Program-made: the position numbers and the translations under genes
The notes under the pieces: generated by a model
Database searches by the model: none
Seen by the model: the letters and a program-made list of their open reading frames with translations, nothing else
Told to the model about the DNA's origin: nothing
In this document: positions 30,975 through 40,585 of the stretch, in pieces
Layout: the number at the start of each line of letters is the position of its first letter
Position numbering within the stretch: the stretch's first letter is position 1
Assembly: GCA_032128375.1 (NCBI GenBank)
Contig: JAQBGU010000199.1
Location: 1 to 43,419 of the forward strand
DNA length: 43,419 bases
Reading direction: 5' to 3'
Origin: Deltaproteobacteria bacterium
GTDB lineage: Bacteria > Myxococcota_A > UBA9160 > SMWR01

Positions 30975-31610
30975 ATGTCCAATGACGACTCCCGATCGAT
31001 CAGCCGCTACGAGCGACGGCGAATGGAAACCCGTGGGAAGATCCTCGCCGCGGCGGCCGAGGTATTCGGACACCAGGGGGTCAAAGTGACGACCGTCCTC
31101 GAGATCTGCGAACAGGCCGATGTCGCGCAACAGACCTTCTTCAACCATTTTCCGACCAAGGGCGAGCTGTTTCTCGAGATGGGACGCATGGGACGGGAAT
31201 TCCTGATCACGCTGGTCGATTCTGCGCTGGATCGGGAAGCGAGCACGACCGCTCGTCTGGAAGAAATCTTCACCGGACTGTTCGCCGCTTCGATCGACGT
31301 CGGACCCATGCACCACGAGCTGGTCATCGAGGTTTCCCAGGGCGCCCAGGCAGCGGGACTCGACGAGGCCAACCCGCGCCTGAGAGACGCCTTCATCCGG
31401 CTCGTCCGCGCGGGCCAGGCGCAAGGGGATGTGACGCGTGCGCACCGTGCGGTCGAATTGACCCGAATTCTCGGCGGATCGCTTGGGGCACTCTCCAACG
31501 AATGGACGAGCGATCCCGATTTTCCGGTCAATCGAAGGGCGCGGTCCCTCGCACGCGTGTTAGGCGACCTGGTCAGACCGCGCGATGAAGACACCCACCC
31601 GGAGCGATAG
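30975..31610 (+). CDS. TetR/AcrR family transcriptional regulator
   Basis: TRGKILAAA..F...G..TTVLEICEQADVAQQTFFNHFPTK HTH. Confidence 0.92.
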   Translation: MSNDDSRSISRYERRRMETRGKILAAAAEVFGHQGVKVTTVLEICEQADVAQQTFFNHFPTKGELFLEMGRMGREFLITLVDSALDREASTTARLEEIFTGLFAASIDVGPMHHELVIEVSQGAQAAGLDEANPRLRDAFIRLVRAGQAQGDVTRAHRAVELTRILGGSLGALSNEWTSDPDFPVNRRARSLARVLGDLVRPRDEDTHPER

Positions 31611-31616
31611 CCCAGC

Positions 31617-32912
31617 ATGGACACCGATCTCGCGGCACTCCGCACTGACATCACACCCGACCCCGATCGCGCGCGCCCTGAAATGAGTGGAACTAACATG
31701 AGTGAGGCTGATACGAGCAAGCAAGCGTCGCGCGCGCAGATGCCCGCACGGATCTCGTTGCGCACCGCAATCATCGGGGGCACGCTGCTGCTCGTGGCGG
31801 GGGGCATCGGGTTGCGCATCATGGCCCCCGAGCCGATCCCGATCGAGGTCGCGCCCGACGCGGGGATCGCGGTCAACGCGCTCACGCTGGCACCCACAGC
31901 ACTCGAACACCGCGTTCGCGTCTCTGGGATCGTCCAAGCGCGTCGGGAAGTCGAATTGTTCGCCGAGCAGATGGGCCGTATCCACGAAGTCGGCGCAGAA
32001 GCTCTGGATTCCGTGACGACCGACCAGCTCTTGATGCGTATCGATCCGCTTCCGGGCGAGGCCGAAGTCGCGCAGGACGAAGCCGCCCTCGCGCAGGCGA
32101 AGAGCCAACTCGACCTCGCTCGGTCGGACCTGGCGCGCTTTCGAGAACTCGTCACGAGCCGTGTGTCGAGTACTTCGGATCTCGATCGAAAGCACAACGA
32201 CGAGCGGGTCGCTGTGGCCTCGTACCGCGCAGCCGAAGCCAGCCTGCGCGCCGCACGCGACCGACTCTCGCAGCGCATCCTGGTCGCACCCTTCGATGGT
32301 GTTCTGCGCGTGTTCGACGCGGAGGTCGGCGAATACGTCAGCCCGGGCCAACCGATCGGCGAGTTGCTCGACATCTCGCATGTGCGGGTCACGGTGGGCC
32401 TGCGCGATCTCGATGTCGTTGCGGTAAAACCGGGGATGCACGCAGTCGTGCGCATCGACGCACTTCCCGGCGAGACCCACGCAGCGACGGTCATGCGCGT
32501 CGCGAGAGCGGCCGACGCTACGAGTCGGAAATTCTCGGTCCAGCTGGAGCTGGAAAATGCGCAGGGTCGCTTGATGCCGGGCATGGTCGCCATCGTCGAC
32601 CTCGACCTGGGCAGCCGCAATCAAGCGCTGCTCGTCCCGTCCGATGCGGTCCTCGACGAGTTCGGCCTGCGCTTCGTCTATGTCGTCGACGCCGCGCCAG
32701 GCCAGCAGCCGGTCGCCCGTACCCGCCGCGTCGAGGCTCGCAGCGTACCGTTCCAGCCCGGCCTACTCGAAATCACCCAGGGTCTAAAAACCGGTGACCG
32801 AATCGCAACGACGAGCCTCCGCCAGCTACACGACGGTTCGCGCATCGAGCCCCGGTCGCAGGCCATCAGCCCCGCCGTGCAGGCCCCGGCCAGCCAAGCA
32901 GCCACGCCGTGA
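31617..32912 (+). CDS. RND efflux membrane fusion protein
   Basis: N-terminal TM, coiled hairpin, APFDG, VGEYVSPG and LMPGM motifs. The true start may be 31683 or 31698. Confidence 0.88.
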   Translation: MDTDLAALRTDITPDPDRARPEMSGTNMSEADTSKQASRAQMPARISLRTAIIGGTLLLVAGGIGLRIMAPEPIPIEVAPDAGIAVNALTLAPTALEHRVRVSGIVQARREVELFAEQMGRIHEVGAEALDSVTTDQLLMRIDPLPGEAEVAQDEAALAQAKSQLDLARSDLARFRELVTSRVSSTSDLDRKHNDERVAVASYRAAEASLRAARDRLSQRILVAPFDGVLRVFDAEVGEYVSPGQPIGELLDISHVRVTVGLRDLDVVAVKPGMHAVVRIDALPGETHAATVMRVARAADATSRKFSVQLELENAQGRLMPGMVAIVDLDLGSRNQALLVPSDAVLDEFGLRFVYVVDAAPGQQPVARTRRVEARSVPFQPGLLEITQGLKTGDRIATTSLRQLHDGSRIEPRSQAISPAVQAPASQAATP

Positions 32913-35900
32913 GCCTCCCGAGCTTCTCGGTCCGCCAGGTGGTGCTCGTCAACCTGCTGTTCATCGTGCTGATCGTCGCCGGATTGTTGGCGGCCGGTCG
33001 AACGCCACTCGATCTGTTCCCCGATGTCTCCTTCAACCAGGCGATGGTGTTGACCGCATGGCCCGGCGCATCGGCAGACGATGTGGAAAAACTCGTCACC
33101 ACGCGCCTCGAAGACGAAATCCGACAGGTCACGGGAATCAAAAAATCGTACAGCTTCTCCAGCCAGGGCTTTTCTGAGATCAACATCGAATGGGAGGAGG
33201 ACCTCTCCGAGTTCGACCAGCAGGCCGCAGTCAACGCATTGCGCGCGGCGATCGACCGTACACCCGACCTGCCCGCCGATGCGGAGGAACCGATTCTCCG
33301 CGAGCTGTCGATGGCCGAGATTCAAAACACCGCCATGGTCGCGATCACCGATGTCGGTAGCGTCGGCGAATTCACGCTGCGCGAGGTCGCGCGGGATCTG
33401 GCGAAGCGACTCGAACGCGTCCCCGGCGTGCGGAAGGCCGAGCCCCGTGGCCTGCGCGCGCGGGAGTTGCGCGTGGTCGTCGATAAGAACCGCGCGCTCC
33501 AGTACGACCTCACCTTGTCCGAGATCAGTGATGTCATCCGGCGCAACAACCGAAACGTACCGGGCGGGACGTTCGAGACCCGTGATTCCGAAGAAATCTC
33601 GGTACGCGGCCTCGGAAATTTCCAGTCGGCCAAAAGCCTGGCCGCGACCGTCGTCGGCAAGCATGCGGATGGCAGGCATGTTCGGCTGGGGGACGTCGCC
33701 GAAGTCGAGCGCGGATTCGCGCGCAGAAGATCGATCGGGCGTTTCAACGGCCTGCCGACCGTCAGCCTCGGCATCGCGAAGTACAAAGACGACGACACGA
33801 TCGAAGTGATCGACGCCATCAAGGCCGAACTCGCGGCCGCCCACCTGCCCGCAGGCATCGAAGCGCAGATCACCTTCGACAGCTCGGTCTATATCGGCGG
33901 CATGATCGACCTGCTGCGCAACAACCTGCTGCTTGGCATCGCATTCGTATCGCTCATCCTCTGGTTCACCGTTGGTTTCCGCAATTCGATGCTCGTGATT
34001 GTCGGGGTGCCGTTTTCGTTCCTGACCGCGATCATCTTCTTCCCGGTCTTCGGCATCACCATCAGTACGATGGCCCTGATCGGCTTCATCATGGTGTCGG
34101 GCATGGTCGTCGATGGTGCGATCATCGTGATCGAGAACATCTACCGCCACATCGAGACTGGAAAGTCGCTGACGGCCGCGGTCGTGGAGGGAACCGAGCA
34201 GGTGATGTGGCCAGTCATCGCTGCGGTTGCGACGACCGTGGCGGCTTTTCTCCCGATGCTGTTGATTCCCGGCACCATGGGCGAATTCATGTCGATCCTG
34301 CCCAAGACGGTGATCGCGTGCCTGGTCGCTTCGCTCGCCGAAGTGCTGATCATGCTCCCGGCCCACTACGTCGATTGGGGAAGCCGCCGCGGCGCGGACG
34401 AAACTCCGGTCGTTCAAAAGGGGAGCCTCTGGCGATTCAGCCACGAGATGCGCGTTCGCGTCGACCACGCGATCTCGCGCTTTCGCGATCGCTACCTCGG
34501 AGCGCAGGACCGTGTCCTCGCGCAGCGCGGGTTCTTCCTGGTGTTCTGCGTGGCCGCGTTCTACGGCACGGTCGGCCTGCAGAAGCACGTCGAAATCGAG
34601 ATCTTCCCGAGCGGGTTCAACCAGATCTTCGTGACGGTGAATGCGCCCGTCGATTACGGACTCGAATCGACCAACGAGGTCGTGCGCGGCGTCGAGCGTG
34701 CGCTCGAACCGATCACGCATGAACTCACCGACATCTCGACCACCGTCGGGCAAGGCATGAGCACCGAGGGGCGCTCGATCAGCGGCGTCAACCGGGCGAC
34801 ACTGTTCTTGTCGTTCCCCGATTCCAAGCAGAACCTCGAAAATCCGGACCGCGTGCTGAATCTCGTGCAGGAGACGCTCGAGGCCCACCGGCGCGCGAAT
34901 CCCGAGGGCATCGAAACGCTTCTGGTGATGCCGCCGAGGCAGGGGCCAGGCATCGGGCAGGCCGTAGAGATTCGCATTCTCGCCAGCCACTACGACACCG
35001 CCAAGCAAATCGCCGAAGAGGCGAAGACGGCATTGCGCTCGCTGCCCGGCGTGTACAACGTCGAGGACAACGTCCCGCTTGGCCCCCGCGAACTCCGCGT
35101 GCGCCTCGACGAGAACCGCGCCTCGATCCACGGACTTTCGTTCGATGACGTGGGCGCGGCCCTACGCGCGGCGAACGAAGGCTTGATTCCATCCACGTTC
35201 AAGGACCCGATGTCGAACGAGGACATCGATATCCGCGTAGTTCTGAAGGAGGATCAGCGGCGCAGCATCGAGGAACTACTCGACGCCGACATGCGAACGC
35301 CCAGCGGTGCGCTGGTCAAGCTGAACGATGTCGCCGAAATCGAGCTCAGCCGAAGCTACTCACGGCTCTACCACCGGGACACCGATCGCTCGGTCATGGT
35401 CTACGCCGCGGTGGATCGCGCCCAGACCACCGCCACTAAAGTGAACCAGGCGATGCAGGCGCGCCTCGGCGACATCGAAAGCCGTTACCCGGGTGTGAGC
35501 CTGGTCTTTGGCGGCGAATTCGAGGCGACCCAGCGCGCATTTGCCGACATCGGCCGCGTCATGCTGATTGCCTTGCTCGCGATCTACATGATTCTCGCTG
35601 CGACGTTCCGATCGTACTCGCAACCCATCGTCGTGATGGGCGTCGTCGCGTTCTCGTACATGGGTGTCATCATCGGGATGTTCATCATGGACTACCCCAT
35701 CTCGATGTTCGTCCTCTACGCGATGGTCGGGCTTGCCGGCATCGTCGTGAACGATTCGATCGTCTTGATCGACTTCGTCAACCGGGAGCGCGAGTATGGT
35801 TCCGATCTCCGGTCAGCCGTCCGTACCGCGAGTTCGCAGCGCTTCCGTCCGATCCTGCTCACGACCGTGACCACGGTTGCCGGCCTGTTGCCGATGGCCG

Positions 35901-36103
35901 TCGGACTATCGGGCGGCTCGAAGGTCTTCGGTCCCTTCGCCGCGGCGATCGTTTTCGGACTGGCGGTCGCGAGCGCGCTGACGCTGTTCGTCGTCCCCGC
36001 GCTGGTTCTTTCGCTTGCGGACATTCAGGGTTGGATCGCGCGGCACACACGCGCGACTCCGCAGGCTGACGTCGATCCCGCCCGCGGTCCGGAGGTCGCC
36101 TGA
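32909..36103 (+). CDS. RND efflux permease (AcrB/AcrD/AcrF family)
   Basis: 1064 aa; WPGASADDVE, GMVVDGAIIVIEN, GIVVNDSIVLIDF and RFRPILLT motifs. GTGA overlap with the MFP stop. Confidence 0.93.
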   Translation: MSLPSFSVRQVVLVNLLFIVLIVAGLLAAGRTPLDLFPDVSFNQAMVLTAWPGASADDVEKLVTTRLEDEIRQVTGIKKSYSFSSQGFSEINIEWEEDLSEFDQQAAVNALRAAIDRTPDLPADAEEPILRELSMAEIQNTAMVAITDVGSVGEFTLREVARDLAKRLERVPGVRKAEPRGLRARELRVVVDKNRALQYDLTLSEISDVIRRNNRNVPGGTFETRDSEEISVRGLGNFQSAKSLAATVVGKHADGRHVRLGDVAEVERGFARRRSIGRFNGLPTVSLGIAKYKDDDTIEVIDAIKAELAAAHLPAGIEAQITFDSSVYIGGMIDLLRNNLLLGIAFVSLILWFTVGFRNSMLVIVGVPFSFLTAIIFFPVFGITISTMALIGFIMVSGMVVDGAIIVIENIYRHIETGKSLTAAVVEGTEQVMWPVIAAVATTVAAFLPMLLIPGTMGEFMSILPKTVIACLVASLAEVLIMLPAHYVDWGSRRGADETPVVQKGSLWRFSHEMRVRVDHAISRFRDRYLGAQDRVLAQRGFFLVFCVAAFYGTVGLQKHVEIEIFPSGFNQIFVTVNAPVDYGLESTNEVVRGVERALEPITHELTDISTTVGQGMSTEGRSISGVNRATLFLSFPDSKQNLENPDRVLNLVQETLEAHRRANPEGIETLLVMPPRQGPGIGQAVEIRILASHYDTAKQIAEEAKTALRSLPGVYNVEDNVPLGPRELRVRLDENRASIHGLSFDDVGAALRAANEGLIPSTFKDPMSNEDIDIRVVLKEDQRRSIEELLDADMRTPSGALVKLNDVAEIELSRSYSRLYHRDTDRSVMVYAAVDRAQTTATKVNQAMQARLGDIESRYPGVSLVFGGEFEATQRAFADIGRVMLIALLAIYMILAATFRSYSQPIVVMGVVAFSYMGVIIGMFIMDYPISMFVLYAMVGLAGIVVNDSIVLIDFVNREREYGSDLRSAVRTASSQRFRPILLTTVTTVAGLLPMAVGLSGGSKVFGPFAAAIVFGLAVASALTLFVVPALVLSLADIQGWIARHTRATPQADVDPARGPEVA

Positions 36104-36191
36104 CCCGTGAGCGACTCGGCGACCTGGGATAGACTACTGGCTGCGAGAGCCTGGAATCCTTTTCGAAATCTCACAGGGAGAATGGGCAGCC

Positions 36192-37163
36192 ATGATCATC
36201 GAAATCCGTCCGGGTCCCGTCGGTACCGAAGGGGGAGAGCCGTTTCCGGAAGTGCGCGAGGAGATCGAGCGCATGGAAAAGGGCCGTCGCATCATGCGGC
36301 CATCGCTCATGCGCCTGATCCCGAATCGGTTCAAGGTGAAGATGATGCGCAAGATGTTTGGCTTTCCCAATAGAGACATCGCGAAGGGGACGGTGCGCAA
36401 TCGCCAGCTTTCGATACCTGGACCCGATGGAGATATTCCCATCCGCATCTACACGCCCGAAGGTGTAGACCTGCCGATCCTGCTCTACTTCCACGGAGGC
36501 GGCTGGGTGGCCGGCAGTGTCGAAGCGGTGGAAAACATCGGCCGCGCCATCGCAGATCGCGCGGGCCACATCGTCACCAATGTCGACTATCGCCTGGCCC
36601 CCGAGCACAAGTTCCCGGCCGGGCTGGAGGACTGTTATGCAGCGGTGAAATGGGCGGCAGAGCACGGCGGCGAGCTTGGCGGCGACCCGGCACGCATCGT
36701 CGTGGCAGGCGACAGTGCAGGTGGCAACTTCGCGACCGTCTGCTGCCTGCTCGCACACGAACGGGGCGGGCCTGCCATTTCCCACCAGGTGTTGATCTAC
36801 CCCGGCGTCGACCTCTCCGGGCGCTTTGTCGAAGAGCACGGCCCACAAGACGGAGCAGAAGGCATGGATATGGGCGACTTCATGGCCGCGGTCTACCTCG
36901 GCGGACCCGAGCGGCTCGCCGACCCGCGCGTCTCGCCGTATCTCGTCGAAGACCTGTCGTTCATGCCGCCTGCCCTGGTGATGACGGCCGAATACTGCTT
37001 CATCCGCGACCAGGGTGAGGGCTATGCGGTGAGGCTCGAAGCCGCCGGAGTCCCGACTCGCGCGATTCGCTACAACGGGCTCAACCACGCGTTCCTCGAC
37101 AAGGTCGGTGTCTGGTCGTATGCGGATTCCTGCATCGAAGACATCGCGGAAGCCCTGACATAG
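36192..37163 (+). CDS. HSL-family alpha/beta hydrolase (esterase)
   Basis: HGGGW oxyanion motif, YRLAPEHKFP, GDSAGG nucleophile and HAF. Confidence 0.92.
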   Translation: MIIEIRPGPVGTEGGEPFPEVREEIERMEKGRRIMRPSLMRLIPNRFKVKMMRKMFGFPNRDIAKGTVRNRQLSIPGPDGDIPIRIYTPEGVDLPILLYFHGGGWVAGSVEAVENIGRAIADRAGHIVTNVDYRLAPEHKFPAGLEDCYAAVKWAAEHGGELGGDPARIVVAGDSAGGNFATVCCLLAHERGGPAISHQVLIYPGVDLSGRFVEEHGPQDGAEGMDMGDFMAAVYLGGPERLADPRVSPYLVEDLSFMPPALVMTAEYCFIRDQGEGYAVRLEAAGVPTRAIRYNGLNHAFLDKVGVWSYADSCIEDIAEALT

Positions 37164-37270
37164 AGGACCGGGAAGAAGACCTGGAATTCCCATCGGCTGC
37201 GAGGTAGTCGATCCATTGCACGCGGCGGGTTGTCGCCCCGAATAGCGGACCCACCCGCGACGGAGAAGAC

Positions 37271-38109
37271 ATGGCGCAAGACGCAAACTCCAACACCTAC
37301 TACGACCTCAGCTACGAAAAGGCGGAGCAGATCGCGACGATCACTCTGGACAACCCGGAGAAGCTCAATGCGATGACCGCAAGGATGCTCGAGTCGTTCT
37401 CGAGAGCGATCGAAGAGGTGCGCCGCGACGACGACGTTCGGGTGCTCGTGCTGACGGGCCGGGGCCGCGGCTTCTGCACCGGTGCAGACACCGAACTGTT
37501 GATCGCACTCGCGATGGGAAGCCCGTACCCGGCGCCCTCGAAGAACCGGGCCGACGTCACCGCATGCAGCCGATTGGCTGGTTCGGCGTCGAAGTGAGTC
37601 AGCTGGAAAAGCCGACGATCGCGGCCATCAACGGCCCGGCCGGCGGCGGGGGCTTCGCGCTCGCAATGGCCTGCGACCTGCGCGTGATCGCCAACGACGC
37701 AACGTTTGGCATGGCGTCGACCCACCGCTACGCGCTGCCGCCCGAAGGCGGCATCACGTATACACTGCCCCGCATCGTCGGCCTGACGAAGGCCTGCGAA
37801 CTATTGATGACCGGCGACCTCGTCGATGGCATCGAGGCGGAACGCATCGGCCTGGTCAACCGTGCCGTGCCCGCGGAACGAGTCATGGATACCGCGATGG
37901 AATTCGCGCGAAAGATCGCCGGAAACGGCCCCATCGGCATGGAACTCACGAAGAAGCTCATCTACCGCGGCCTGCAAGAGACGAGCATCGCCAGCCAGGT
38001 CGAGCGCGAAGACGCAGCCCTCGTCGCCGGCTTCAAGACGGAAGACTACGAAGAAGGCGCACGCGCCTGGTGGATCGAGAAGCGCCAGCCTGTTTTCAAA
38101 GGGAAGTAG
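37271..38109 (+). pseudogene. Enoyl-CoA hydratase/isomerase (crotonase), split by one frameshift near 37520-37560
   Basis: First frame: PEKLNA...LTGRGRGFCTGAD. Second frame: GALEEPGRRHRMQP...KPTIAAINGPAGGGG..LACDLR...EKRQPVFKGK. Confidence 0.85.
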
Positions 38110-38429
38110 TCTACGCTCGACGTTCAACGCCCATGACAGCACACTTCGATTCGGCGACGAGCTCGGGCGCGAAGCCGTGGCGCGCACCGGCCTCGGCAAA
38201 CCGGCTCCGGCGACTGGCGCGACGCGATGGGGTTACTGAGAGCAGGGAGTGACCGGGGCAACTGGACTCGATTCCAGTGAAGAGCCCAGGTTCGTAGACA
38301 CACCAGATCGCGCGAAGAATGGATGACAGGCTTCGAATCCAGCCTGTCCCTCGTTGACGAGTTGTTTGGATCACCGGAGAACGAGTCAGAGCCCTCGAAA
38401 GAACGATTGGGGCTTCCGCCCGAACTCGC

Positions 38430-39485
38430 TCAATCAGTCGGCATCAGGTACTTGAGGTTATGCAGAGCAAGGCGGTACCGGAGTGTGCTTCTCGCCATGC
38501 CGAGGCGACGCGCGACTCGGGCCACGTTGCCGCCGCTCTCGGCCAGTTCGGCTTCCAAGATGTCGCGCTCAGCTTCGCTACCCGCGGCGGGCAGTGGCCC
38601 GAAGGGGCGGAACCGCGACGGGCCCACGTTCTGTGAGTGAACTGAAAACAACTGATCCAGCGAGAGATCGTCTAGCAGACTGGCGCCGTGGCGGATCACC
38701 AGGCGTTCGAGAACGTTGAACAACTCACGAACGTTTCCCGGCCATGGGTGATGCTGCATGCGCTGCAACACGACATCGGGTAGCGAGGGCGGTCGCAGCT
38801 GCAACTCGTCGGCAATCCTCGCGAGACCCTTTTCGATCAAACCCGGAAGGTCTTCGACGCGCTCCCGCAGCGGTGGCAACTCGAGCCGAAACACATCGAC
38901 GCGATACAGCAGATCCTCGCGAAATCGCCCCTGTCGCACTTCGGCTTCCAGATCTCGATTGGTGGCCGCAATCACTCGTGCCGACATCCGAAGCGGCGTG
39001 GTGCCGCCGATTCTCTGGAAGGATCGATCTTGCAGCACGTGTAACAGCTTCGATTGCAGGCTGAGTGGCAACTCGCCGATTTCGTCGAGAAAGATCGTTC
39101 CGTTTCCGGCGGCCTCGAACCGACCGATCCGACGATCTACCGCGCCGGTGAACGCGCCGCGTTCGTGACCGAACAGTTCGCTCTCGATCAAATTGGCAGC
39201 CAGCGCAGCGCAGTCGACGTGAACGAATGGACGATCCTTCCGGTTCGAGCACTCATGGATACGGCCGGCGATTACCCCCTTACCCGTTCCAGTTTCGCCA
39301 GTGATCAGTACTGTCGATCGCAGTGGTGCGACCGCTTCTACCTCGCGAGCGATACGCGCCATGGCGGGGCTCGTGACGGAACCCGCTCCAGAGTCGCGAG
39401 CTATACATGACTCGCTGGCTCGGCGCAGAGGTTTGGCTACGCACCATTGCGTGACCTTTGGGGATGAGATCAGGGAATCTTCCAT
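38430..39485 (-). CDS. Sigma-54-dependent enhancer-binding protein (AAA+ plus Fis HTH) with no N-terminal regulatory domain
   Basis: GETGTGK, ESELFGHERGAFTGA, FLDEIGEL, FREDLLYR, WPGNVREL and GNVARVARRLG motifs. GGAGG upstream; start codon uncertain. Confidence 0.9.
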   Translation of the reverse strand: MEDSLISSPKVTQWCVAKPLRRASESCIARDSGAGSVTSPAMARIAREVEAVAPLRSTVLITGETGTGKGVIAGRIHECSNRKDRPFVHVDCAALAANLIESELFGHERGAFTGAVDRRIGRFEAAGNGTIFLDEIGELPLSLQSKLLHVLQDRSFQRIGGTTPLRMSARVIAATNRDLEAEVRQGRFREDLLYRVDVFRLELPPLRERVEDLPGLIEKGLARIADELQLRPPSLPDVVLQRMQHHPWPGNVRELFNVLERLVIRHGASLLDDLSLDQLFSVHSQNVGPSRFRPFGPLPAAGSEAERDILEAELAESGGNVARVARRLGMARSTLRYRLALHNLKYLMPTD

Positions 39486-39566
39486 TTTCACCGCCGCCTC
39501 CGTGATTTCGGGCCCGTCTGCACGCCTTCCGTTTCTCGGAGTGCCGTAGCCTCCCGCGACCAACGC

Positions 39567-39594
39567 ACCCTAGTTCGATCCGCATCTCTGTCAA
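39567..39594 (-). promoter_or_regulatory. Candidate sigma-70 promoter for the sigma-54 activator gene
   Basis: Minus strand TTGACA-N16-TAGGGT, about 80 bp upstream of the start. Confidence 0.6.
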
Positions 39595-39736
39595 CGTAAT
39601 AATGTGCCCATCTGCGTCCGGTCACGTCCATGACCGACTGAATATTCGACGCGACCAGCCCGTTCTCGGCCCAGATGGCGGATCGATCTATCGAAGTTTG
39701 GATGAAGCAGCGCTACGCCAACAACAATCTGCCAGC

Positions 39737-40585
39737 CTAACGAGAGTTCGGTATCGGGCCCTTCTGCTCGAGCGTTCGAATCGAGAAGACCCGATTGTCG
39801 ATCTCCGAGTTGATCGCCAGGTCGTGATACTTCACTTCGGTCGTCGTTCCCCGTGCGAGGTTCTCGACGACCAGTCGCGTCGGTAACGTATGGCCACCGG
39901 ACGCTTGCATCGAAGCTCGGGGCGCCGCGATGGTTCGGTACGGTTCTACGGCTCCGCGTTTGAAGTAGTGCGCCTGAAGGATCGCCTGGTCGGACCGCGC
40001 GAGCCAGAAGACGACCTCGTAATAGGTCTGTGCGAGAATGGGTCTCGCGCGCACCACGTGGGTCGGCTCGCCGTCGATCGGCGCTGCGGATAGCCCAACG
40101 ATCTCGTAGTCCCCCGCGTTGCGGCGTTCGAGATCCTCGTATGTGACGTCAGTCCCGAAGAAGGAATCTCCGCGCTGCGACGTCGAGACACGGCGTACCG
40201 ACTGCGCCGATGGAAGATAGATGAACGCGTCGTGGCTACGATCTTCGGCTTCGACTTGGAGGATCGTCATCCCACGCAGATGGCCCGGGTATGTGAGGCG
40301 GCCGATCGCGTGCATGCGGCCGTCGATAATCTTCGATGCGGACTCGAAGTTACGGCGTCTCTCTTGACCGGAACGGTTCCGGATGACGAGTTCGATCGAC
40401 GCGGTGCTGTCGACCTCGTAAAGATTCGTGAACGCCTTCTGAAGCAGCGCCGACGGACTCTCTGGGCTCGCGTCGACCACGTCGGCTGGGGATGGTGTCG
40501 AACTGATCAGGCGAAACAGCAATGCCGCACCGATGGCAAGGAGCTTCGGGCGCGGCGCGCATCGCCCCCACGCGATCCATCTCAT
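39737..40585 (-). CDS. Outer-membrane lipoprotein-sorting (LolA-like) periplasmic protein
   Basis: Signal peptide; LRGMTIL, FIYLPSAQSVRRV and SFFGTDVTYEDL motifs. ATGA overlap with the upstream stop. Confidence 0.85.
   Translation of the reverse strand: MRWIAWGRCAPRPKLLAIGAALLFRLISSTPSPADVVDASPESPSALLQKAFTNLYEVDSTASIELVIRNRSGQERRRNFESASKIIDGRMHAIGRLTYPGHLRGMTILQVEAEDRSHDAFIYLPSAQSVRRVSTSQRGDSFFGTDVTYEDLERRNAGDYEIVGLSAAPIDGEPTHVVRARPILAQTYYEVVFWLARSDQAILQAHYFKRGAVEPYRTIAAPRASMQASGGHTLPTRLVVENLARGTTTEVKYHDLAINSEIDNRVFSIRTLEQKGPIPNSR

Noticed and set aside
31007..35131. Long antisense ORFs (31007..32620, 32678..35131; similarly 14635..15942 in an alternative sense frame and 28832..29989)
   Set aside because: Shadow frames of well-supported genes in high-GC DNA, with no recognisable motifs.
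38111..38374. Small minus-strand ORF with faint DUF4242-like words (WIRS...WCVYE...ARHGF)
   Set aside because: Similarity is too weak and unevenly spaced to call by eye. An HMM search would be needed.
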